64,000 nt of DNA from Balanoglossus misakiensis (taxonomy: Eukaryota > Animalia > Hemichordata), in the NCBI GenBank assembly GCA_040954595.2, contig CM082578.2, positions 10,153,519-10,217,518 of the forward strand. Reading direction: 5' to 3'. The translations under genes and the position numbers were made by a program. Every line of letters begins with the position of its first letter. Positions within the stretch are counted from its first letter, which is position 1. Positions 49,419-60,400 of the stretch are shown in pieces. Below the pieces are notes generated by a model, which saw only the letters and a list, made by a program, of their open reading frames with translations, did not search any database and had not been told where the DNA came from.

Positions 49419-51271
49419 TCATTTCTCATAAATATGAAATATATTCCAATTTCAAGAAAAATAAATATTTTCTGTAATGGATCCTTCTGTAACCCTAACT
49501 GTAATGGGCGAATATATATTATATTTGTACATATTATAATTTCGTGCTATATTTACATGATGCATAGCCTGTAGGGTGGTGTCAAAATGTATCTTCAGGG
49601 GGGGGGGGGTTGCGTAGGATCTGAAATTGTAATGTGTGTCCTCTATTCTATGTGGTGTGGAGTGTTTAAACAACATACATTAAACGGTATAGCAAGGATC
49701 ATTCAAAATCTGAATATTTCCATCAACTAGAATTTTTTTACACCCCTTCAGTAGTTCAAGCAGAACAAACAAATTTTAGTAGTCTCAAAATACCAGTTCA
49801 CATGCCTTTGGTCTTAAAGTTATAAAGCTCGAAGTAGAGAAAAAGCTTTAAAAATTTACAAGTTCAGTAGAAATGACATGTACATCAACTCGGCTGATCA
49901 TAATACAGACATATCGCTGCAACATACACATTTCAGAATCAAAAACCCCTGTGCTTTCACTTGCTTGACTTTTTTTTCATCGACTCATTCGGCCCCTATT
50001 GTTTAAATGGCATCATGTACGACCTTACCATTTATTTGCAGTGGGGATGACGGTCTGGTTTATGCCGAGGGGGCAGCTTCTAAATTTAAAAAACCTGATG
50101 ACTACCAGTATACTTGCATTCACATCTGCGGTTTTAGATGCTTTTATTGCTTCCTCAATCAACATCCACGGCAACAATGTCAATTTGTCATTTCAGCAGA
50201 GAGAGCGGCCCTGAAGGCTCTTCATTGTAAGCCAGCATATCATCAAGTGGTTCTGAGTACACGGAGATTATAAACAAACTTGACGACACTTGATGTGGCT
50301 GAGACCGTTTTTTCCCCCGAAGCCGGTCTAATGGCCGTTTCCATTTCAGTAGTATTCTTTGGGTGTGTATCGATTCCCTAATTTTCCAGCTACTTCAAGC
50401 TTTTTACACCTTTCCCTCCCAAGAAACAAAACAAAACAAAACGCTAACACATGTAGCAAGCAGAGTATGACAAAAACAACAGAATTCAAACATCGGTCAC
50501 AGTGACACCCCCCCCCCCCCAAAAAAAAATGCTACTGATTTCAGATCTGTCAGTGTGAATTTCAACCAATGCTAGGCAGGGCTTTCCGATCTGGTATGTA
50601 TACCTAGTGGCAAGGTACATGCATTTTCAAGGGGACTGGGTTTTCAGAAATGCTAGAAGTCCATGCAGCTCACTAAGCCTACTCGGCGGTCCTCCCAAAG
50701 ACCCACAACCATTTTCTTAGATTAGCAAAGTCTGAATGGACTGTTCATGGGCATCTCGGACGAGTGAGTGGTGGGTGTCTGCATGGTGGTGTGTTTGCCC
50801 AATCGCCACTGACGTGTTAAAAGCCCTGTTTTTTTTCTCACGTCGGCATCAGAATATCTCTGTCACCGCTTTGAGCAGAATTCTTTTCGCGATTGTTCAC
50901 TTCGAACAACAGATGTTTGGAGAGTCTGTTCTGGGAAGGCCAAAAGTCTGGAGTTTGGCAGTGGTGAAAACCTGCTTTCTGTGGTTTTGACTGGTACACG
51001 TACATAGAAATGAAACTCGAATCATGTCTGCTGTGTTATGAAGGGTGAGTCCCCCCTTTTTCAAAAATTTTTTAGTCATGATTTGCTGTAATCTGCCACA
51101 TCACTCAGCTGCTGGTGTGCAAAACTAGTTTTGCAGGTTCGCTCGTAAAACTTCTGTCTTTTCTGGGCATCACAGGAAAGTGTGAATGCACACTCTTGTC
51201 GTTCATCAAGTTACCATGGCGCCTGACCCTCCCGCCACCATCCATCACCACCACATTGCCATGGCAACGGG

Positions 51272-51484
51272 TCACCCTCCACAGATTCGGTTGAGGAGAA
51301 TCTCAGAATAGAGCGCATTGATGTCACCATCCACGTGATAGCGCACAGGCACATCGTCAGGGCGACCATCGTGGTCTTCATCACCCATACCTTCATCTTG
51401 GGGATAGGGCGCTGCTTTCCTTGCGGCGTACAAATCTGGTGTCTCTGTGGTCGCCTGCAAATTTGCCGTGTTCACTTCCTTCAC
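51272..51484 (-). CDS. CPED1: CPED1 last exon
   Basis: atcag|GTG AAG GAA ... YHVDGDINALYSEILLNRICGG TGA. Confidence 0.9.
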   Translation of the reverse strand: MKEVNTANLQATTETPDLYAARKAAPYPQDEGMGDEDHDGRPDDVPVRYHVDGDINALYSEILLNRICGG

Positions 51485-54400
51485 CTGATCAAGAAATCAA
51501 ATCAACTTTTAATACTCAGTTTGCATGTTGATGATGCATTAAATTGGTGCACAACACGCCAAACAAATGTAATATTGACTCTGATTGGATTATTTCTCAA
51601 AAGGCGGCTACAAAATACCAGCGCGGGCCTAAATTTTCATTTCATTTGATCTGTCACAGAGAGGTTGTGTGAACACACAGAGAGTTGGAATACTGGGTAT
51701 ACTTGCCTTATGGAAGTGGCAGGCACATTTTCCCTGTAGAAAGTCCTTATACCTGGCCATGGTGATGTTCAATGTCTCCACGACATCATAGCCGCGACTC
51801 ACTGCGTAGTCCCGGAGTCCACTGTTGTGCAGGAGCAGTTTGCTTTGTTCTTTCTGAAATGAAAATGCTGGCAGTGATTAAGAAGAGAATTGGATTTCAC
51901 ATTTGCCTCTAACACCCTCAGCTAACATGGCCTTATCTGCACAATGGATGTTGCCCATGCTTATGGAATTTAAAGATGGAGGTTGACCCTGAAGTTGGGC
52001 CAAACGAACTTGTGGACGCACTGTCAATGTCACCGAAACCACTCAACACCCCGGGACACACACACAATATGCCAGCTACCAGCAAGAATTCCCACAGAAC
52101 AGTCGCCTCTTTTTTTTATAACCCTGGTTCACACAAGACACTGGACCCACACACGTGGGTGGCTTTCATTCAATGCAGGGGGAAAAGATGGTCCTCAGTG
52201 AGAATCACCTCACCATGGCGAGTCAAACAAACCATGAGGAAGTCGGCAACAAAAGAGCAGAAAGAAGAACCCTGGGTGTCCCTGTAAAGTATCATTCTGG
52301 GTATTTTTTTTCTGACAATGCGTCCCACCCACAATGGAGAAGAAACAACAGCATCACTGACCCTGTCTAGATCCATCGGGCACTATCCTCAACAAGTCCA
52401 GTATTGTTAGACTCTGGTCACACACAACACACAAACACACCTCACACAGTATGGTAAAATATCAACTTCTGATCCATGCACTGGTTGTAATGATTATAGG
52501 CTGTTCTATTGCTCCTGCGTTGATATGAAATTGCATTCGCAAACAAAACCTGTTAACGCGAATGTTATACGCACACTCAACGACCTTCATGGTGGTACAG
52601 TTCAATGTCATTCCATCTCGCTTTAGACTTTAAAATTCACCGAGTGACGATTTTACATGGAGATGCAGCTGAGTGTAATCAGTGCTCATACGCAGCAGAC
52701 ACACAATCTGCATGGGTCAGTGCTGGTCATTGTCTGTGTCACCTGTAACGGACTACAGATCACGACGTCCTCTAAAAAACGGATTTTCGAGTCAAGGCTC
52801 GCTATACAGGCGACCACAATGAGACCTGTCAATCAAAAAAGTGTCCCCAAAAATAGAAACCAGAAAAAAAGTTTGCAATTACACGCAGAGGTCACACGGG
52901 CCTAGCAGGGTGAATGCAGAAGTAATTATGTTAGCGGGCAGTACTTACAAGCGAGAGACAATGGACGCCGTCGATGGGTTGGTGGAAGCCAGCACCCAGG
53001 CCTTTCATGATCTTCCTGATGCCTGTCAAACCCTCCCTGTCGACAGAATCACACGAACAGAAAGAAATATGAATAATTTTTGTACAATTTTGCCATTGAA
53101 AGACAATTTTAAGAGATACTTCCAGAACTTGCAGAATCTGTAAAGCTGAGCGACTTGTGATTTTTGCAAGCTCTTCTGGAAAAAGAAGACCAGCATCACA
53201 TGAATGACCTGCATCTTGTTCATGAGGTTAGCTTTGCTGGAAATAGTTGGCTGAATTATTAATGTGTACAAGTTGTTGTTATTTGACAAAAGGAAACATC
53301 AAACTGGTGGTTATACTGCTGCACTGAACTCCTCCTTTTGGCTGGTGGAACACGCAGAAGACACGGTGATGCAGTTTTTAAATGCCATCAGACAGCCGTG
53401 TCATACTGCCAGCTGTATGTAAGTCTGTTCAGGTGATATCACTGAACAATTCCAGCTCGCTTCATCAGGCAGTTATAACATGACATTGAAAGATGGATTG
53501 TGTGGACAAGAAAGACCACTGCCCAGTTGCCCTCTCACCGTTGCAATGACTGCTGCACAACATTGAGGTGGTGGGTGGCCAGCCAGTGCACGCCCCCCAG
53601 CACCAGAACGGTGTCGGTGCTGTTCTCCAGCGGCTGGGCCCTCCGCAGCAGCTGGTACAGGGCCTTGTCGAAGACGGGCCTCTGGCTGGCCGGCAGCCAG
53701 AACTGCGGGTAGTAGGCGAAGCTGACCAGGGTGCGGTTGCCGTTGACGTGTGTGTACACCTTGATGTCGTGCGTCTTGTCCCACTGCACCAGGGTGCCGT
53801 CCACCTGCTCCATCAGGTAGTACATGATGCCACGGTTTGTGGAATCTCCGATGAACAGCACCTGTGTGAGGAAAGAGGAGTGGAATATGATCTCAAGACA
53901 TTATAACGCCACTGAGCTTGGAGGTTTTTCCTCATATCACTATAGTAAAATCACACTGCTACTACAATCCTGCTTCTACTGCTACTATAGATACACAATG
54001 TGTGACATCCGAAAATCAACATCTCAAGATGAGGAAAACGGTTTCAAGATTGGACGTTATTATTTAAAACTGTAGTAGTGTAATATACGAAAAAAAAAAA
54101 AAAAATTTCCACAAATTTCAATACTTGTTATTTTCCTTTTTAATCTTACATTGATATCTGTGGCATTGTGATTGGCTAGATCTTAACTTAAAATTCACAT
54201 GCTTCACCCCAAAAAACCATGTCAACAACAAGGCATGAGTACAACATGTTTTGAACACTTCTGACATAAACCAGAACACAGGACACAATACAGTGACTTG
54301 ATGTTCTTCTAGGGTCTCTCTCTCTCATCCAGTTCTCTGTGCACAGAGAGTCTAATGACCCTCTTGACAACACCACTTCAATTTCACACACATACACAAA

Positions 54401-57400
54401 CACAGGTACCGTTGCAGAAGTCATCACAAATCCACTTGTTTACAAAGAAAACAAAACACCGGTAATAACACTTCGATTACTTTTGACAGAAATCGCTGGT
54501 TTTTCACTTGACTGGGTTCTGTGTAACAACAAACGCTACTTTGGGGGAAAGAATTAGCCACTCTGGTTTTAAGACTGCCCATTGACTCTACCCGCTTGAG
54601 TGCTGGGCACATAAAAGCAGGGGCTATTAACAGGGCCACGTACTCAGTAAACACAACATCTGATCTGATACTTCCATGGTTTTGCTAATTTCCAGCTGTG
54701 TTCTCCACAGAAACTAATTCATTCCGGTACTTCCCATTTCTTGTAAAGGAAAACACTGTTTGTAAGAAAAAAAGTACACCAAGACGGAATTGTGTTGTAC
54801 TCTACTTAACTCCAATCAACTCCCACTTTCCTTTAATATGATAATTTTCATAATTGGTCTCTTTGAATGCAACTTTCTACAGCTTTGGTGTCGGTCGCAA
54901 ATTTTTTCATACTGCGATAATTGGTCTGCTTGGCACTTACTGCGATTACTTCTGAAAGGTGCTTTTTGCTCTTCCCAGTAAGGATCGCTTGGTTTCTGGT
55001 TGTTTGTATTCGCAGAGAGATCAAACTTTTACAGTTAGGAGTGCATGTTTGTATATGGAGGTAGTTGAGAATACTCGAGGCAGAGCCACTTCAAACTTTC
55101 ACACAAATTTTTTGCACAAACTGTTCACCATCAATGTCTAGAACTTTATGTCTTGGAAATAGAAATAACTTTTCCATGAATACACCCCTGATGTATATTG
55201 AACATGTTTTTCCATGTTCCTCCTCAGACCTGCTTTTTCTGTAAACGCTGGAGGTAAAAAAACAGGGAGGGTGGCCATGGCATTGAACAGCTCAAATCAA
55301 GTAGCCATTAGGCAAAGAAGAAGTGGCCATTTGAAAAACTCAGATGTTGGGCAGGTGAGAGTATACGACCGGTTCCATTTCACCGCAATCTAATTGAGGA
55401 GATAATGGCTTTGTTGCTGGAGGATGTTGCGGAATTTTGTTTGTTTGTTTGTGATACATGGCTATTCTAACAGAAACCACCTCTTTTTGTGTGTTCTTCC
55501 TTGACCAGCAGATGTGGTCAGCTTTGATGGCTGGTGACATTTTGAGGAGTGACCCTGACTGGGGAACCAGAGAAAGTGATCAGAAAATACTTGTAGCACA
55601 CCACAACGGAAGAAAGAACAGCTATAGTTCTCTAGGACAAAAAGAGTTTCCCCAAAATAGCTTCCTTTTATGAGCATGGAATTGCAATGTTTGACGATAC
55701 TTCAATATCTGAGTTCAAAAAATAAAAAGGCTTGCATTCACTGACTAGCTGTACATCAGTGAACACAAAAGACACTTATTAGTGTTGATGATTGTTCCAA
55801 TTTTTGGCTTCCTTCATTGAGTACCAACATAGCAGTATTTGAAAACCTGTTTTCCCCGGATAGTGGTAAAGATGGCATCCTTTTGCAATCTAATTATGGG
55901 AACCTGAACACAAGGTCCAACAATTGAGCCACAAGTGAGACTGGAACTTTGCCTTAATAAAGTACGCCCTCATGAGGTGAATCTATGCTAACTTACTACA
56001 GCGTGGCTTGTTGTTGATGACAACTTTGCGATCTACACGTACCGAAAGCAAAGATTGAGAAAAAGATTTGATTTGTCAAAGCACAAACCCTATCCCCACC
56101 ATGGTTCAGTCCAAACCCACTGTTTTCTGTGGTAAGGTTGGACCTCTAAAGAGGGAACTGGGGTTGAAAGGGTTAAATGAGAGAGAGGTACACACCTTTT
56201 TACCCGCTAGACACTGCTTCAGAGACTCGCGGGGCATTCTCAAATGCTGGCACTCGTACGGATACCATGATGCATGTTTCCAGTAGCAGGAGCTGCGAGT
56301 GTCACAACTTGAACAGGGAAGAACCCAGCGACCTGCAGCAAAAATCACAGAATTATGAAGTTGTGTATGCAAAGGTTGTGCTGTGTCATATAATGGAAAT
56401 TGGAATAATATGCTATGAACTGTGATTTGTGTATTTTCTGGGGTCTGCTTCACATACTGATAAAATAAGTACCAAACGTTTCTTCCAACTATATGGCCTG
56501 TTGAATAAAGTTCAAATGTGTGCAGGGGATGGTGTTTACAACTATCGTAGATCAACTGCCATAAAGTGGAATACATGTACATGTACACATACCTGACACA
56601 TCTCCTGAATGACATGGCGGCAACATGGCTGCAGATGATTGAAACTGATTCCAGGTTATGCCAGGAACTGTGGTTAAACCACATGGTTCTTTCGGGAAGA
56701 CTGGCAGGTCACAGTCCTGGAGTGAAAAAAGGGTGACATCCGATATCAATCAGATATCAATAAACTACGCTTGTTTTTCGGCTAGTTGTAATGAAGAATA
56801 ACCCGGTCTGAGTGATGAGTGTAAATACAACGTGAGCTAAATCCATCTAGCATTGCAGTAGTTGAGAAAGCAAAAATAATAATCAACTATTAGAGGGCGC
56901 TGTCACATATGTTTCATATTACCTTTTTTGACTACCGCTGAAAAACGATAAAATTGAAAAGACAATCCGAGGGATACATTGTATGTCTGACATACCTGAA
57001 TCAAACTGCAGACTTGGTGGTCGAGTTCTGGATTGAAGACACCTTCATCCTCTGATAGTTTCTTTCTGTACACGTAAACTGTGTAGGTGTTTATAACCCA
57101 TGGTTCTGAGTGTGTGACGTCGACTACGTGCATACTAACCCTGTTCTCTCCGATGCCCAGAGAAAAATTTACTGGTCTGTGAAGGAATGCAAAAAAAATA
57201 CTGTGAAAATTATGCAGGATTTCTGGGTTGTGTTAAATTAATTCTAGACACCATTTCAGCTGTTAAATACGCCCCCTGGTGTAATTACACCATGTCCCGA
57301 GTCTATCTAATAATTGTACCTGCTTGGTCCATATTTATCTTCCAGTCTTGCCTCGCAGTCACAGCTGGCAGCAAAGGCCCACACTTTGATGAGCACAGTG

Positions 57401-60400
57401 TCGTAGGGTACAGTCACACGGTAGTCAGTCACTAATGCATCAAATGTTGGAGTTAATGTTATGTCAGGGTCCAAGTGTAACCCCACAAGATATGGCATGG
57501 TTCCTTTATCTGAAAACAAAACAAAACGAAAGTAAAATTAATTGTACAGATGCAGGTTCACAGCGCCAACAAAGTATTATTTAGAAAAGTACAAAAGACA
57601 TAAAGCAAATGACAGAAAGTATATCTGCATCATGCATATATATTCTAGTCAAGTTTGGAACTTGCAAACATGTTGCACCAAAACTGTGTGAAATTGCAAA
57701 ATGATGATTGGACCACGGCCAAATCCTTCTAATGTGTGGTTTCAATTTACCAATAGCTCAAAGGCAAGGTGCTGTGGGTTTTTTGTTTCTCGTCCCAGTA
57801 TGCGAAAAACATCACGTTGAAGTGCGCCCCCATGTAATGATTAACAACTTTTGTTTTTATCCGCTCACCTTCACTGCACCTGGGTCTTCTGTATTTGGCA
57901 TCGACAACTGGTTCGTCGTCGTCAAACACGTTGTCGATTAAATTTGCAAAGTAACCGCCCTCGGCTCTTTTCCCAGCCGTCTGGTTCAGATAGACGTCAT
58001 CGTCAACACCCGGACTGAAATCTAAATCTTGGCTAATTTCCGTCTCCTTGGAGTAGTAGTACTGTTCTATGGTCGAGATGACTGGGTGTAGATCGGCTGT
58101 GTTGTGGTGAGTGGCACTGGATGTGGGCAGTGGCAAGTTTCTCAGAGACGGAGGCTGTAGCTCATTCTGTCGGCCGCCAAGTCTCCGTACGTCCCTCAGT
58201 AGAAGACTGTACTTGGCACAGTCATAGGATGGATATAGCTGTGACAAGAAAACAATACACGGTTGCATGAAAAACAGATTTGTTTTGTAAATAGAGAATT
58301 AACAGAGTATTGTATTATTAGAGTCAAGTAGAAATGACACAGTAGTGTTCCTGAGATTTGTGTGTGTAAAGGAACAGTGACAAGCAATTTTTGTAGTTTT
58401 ATTTAAAGCACAGATACTCTTCCAACTTCCATTTCATTAGTCCAAGAATGCTACTATGGATTTCTGTGGAAGTGGTGGGGCATCGCTACAAACCTGCTGA
58501 AAGCTTCCCTTGTTGGCAGTTTGCCTCCTTGAGTCCAGCAAGTATTCCAAGTCTCCTTCAGTCAGACACAGCTGATGTGACGGCTGGCAATTGATGCCCT
58601 GAAAAATGACCCAAGAATAAAAAAATAAGATTTATTTTGAAACACCTGTGGAAGAATCAAAGAAATCGTTTGAACCAGCGTTAAGGTTTATTCATTTAAT
58701 TTTTCGTATTAAAGGTGGAAAGTTATAGACTGCCACTCATAATATAGCTTCCTGATCTGAACTCTGCAAGCGTGTTAACCCAAGGTTCTGCAAAGAGCAA
58801 AATTCCATTTAATTCTGTGAGGGAAGTTTTATCTACCAATTTACAAATGTAAAATGCTTTGATCTACAGTTGAATGACCATCTGACCTTAGAAAGCAATG
58901 TTACATTTTCCAATTACAACAGAGTTCATAGGTTAATGAAGCCAGCGCGTATGATTCTAATAATATTTAAAGAAATGTTTGATTATGAAGCTTGAAGGAT
59001 GCAGAAATACACTGGATGTAACTGACCACAACACCAATGCTGGAATCCAATTGTTCCAACGCCTCGGAGACTTGTTCGGCCACTGACGTCTTGGCAAACA
59101 GAATACCAACAGTGTCGTCAATGGCGTTTTGTTTGATGGTGTTACTAGCCCATCCGTCGTCACTGGACGAAGCCTGCATGTGTGGTTGGCCATTTACCTG
59201 AAGAAAAAAAACAGGGTATGTTTATTATGTGGTTATTTTATACAATTATCACTTCACTGCTCCAGAATGTTGTCGGTTTCAAACTAGACACATAGTCTGA
59301 AACGATGGCCACCACTGAAAAACTGACTCCATAAAAGGTACACGGTTACCTCCAATTTACATATATGGCTGAAATTACGTATTTGGGTTTAGTTTTATTC
59401 CATTGTGTTTCTCTGAGTGATGCAGTCTTTCTTACCTCCACTACAATGGCGTGAAATGTAGCATTGAAGATCAAATCAAAACCAAGCAACTGGAAGCAAT
59501 GTTTACACCTGCAAGGAAATGAACATGAGCTAATATTGTTGAGATATCAGGGTGGGGAGATTTTTCTGTCTCTGATGGGAGTTTCTGTCAAAGTGAGTTG
59601 AACTCTGAAATGCCCCTTTAAGAACAAATGAGTGGAGTGTTTATTCTTAGCTAGCTTCCTTATAATTCTCAACATCTTAAAAGTAGCCAAGTGCCGCAAC
59701 ACATTTATATTAAATACAGTGTTCCTTGAAGCTGGACCAGAGTGGAATGACTGACCTGTAGGGGTCATCCGAGGGTGAACTGGTAAAATCACCAAAGCTG
59801 GCGGCTAGCGTGGACTCGGCAACCAGCAGCGTCTGCACGATCGCGGACTCCATGTTTTTGAAGGCGACGGTGGCTGCCTCTGGCCCATGGTTGTGTCTCA
59901 AATACTGCTTCAGCTGGGCAAAGTACCAGGTCCTGTTTGGCACCTTGGTGGGTGCATTGCAAAAAGAAGAGGTTCTTTCAATCTCTCAAAATGGTGACAT
60001 GTGGTTTGGTCACAGTAAGATTTGTCTTCTAATTTTGTTTTAATCCACAATGTACCGGTAAACTACTGTTGCTAGTTCAGTAATGGAAATTCATCCTTGA
60101 CAACGCATACCTTAGTTTCATATATGTTGCACAATGACTCACACCTACAAATGTAAAAATTTCTCCATATTTGGTTTGTTATGTGAGTAAACAGTGGAAA
60201 CCACTCTTCTTGAAGAGGAAACATCTTAATTCTCATATAGTGATGATTTATTACAATCCATTTATTTTTAGCACTCCCAGTGTAAAGAATATTCATGAAG
60301 CAAAGTCTTCAAAGAGGATTGCAATTTTACTGCTGTACTCAGGGAGTGTTAAAAATAAATGAATTGCAATAAATCACTTCTGCGCTCTTCACAATTGCCA

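Noticed and set aside
60140-60215. Intronic peptide THITNQ on - lying where the TTL HLTN motif is missing from CPED1
   Set aside because: No acceptor/donor pair gives a phase-0/0 exon in that frame (available GT donors are phase 1 or 2); probably coincidence, though RNA-seq could be checked.
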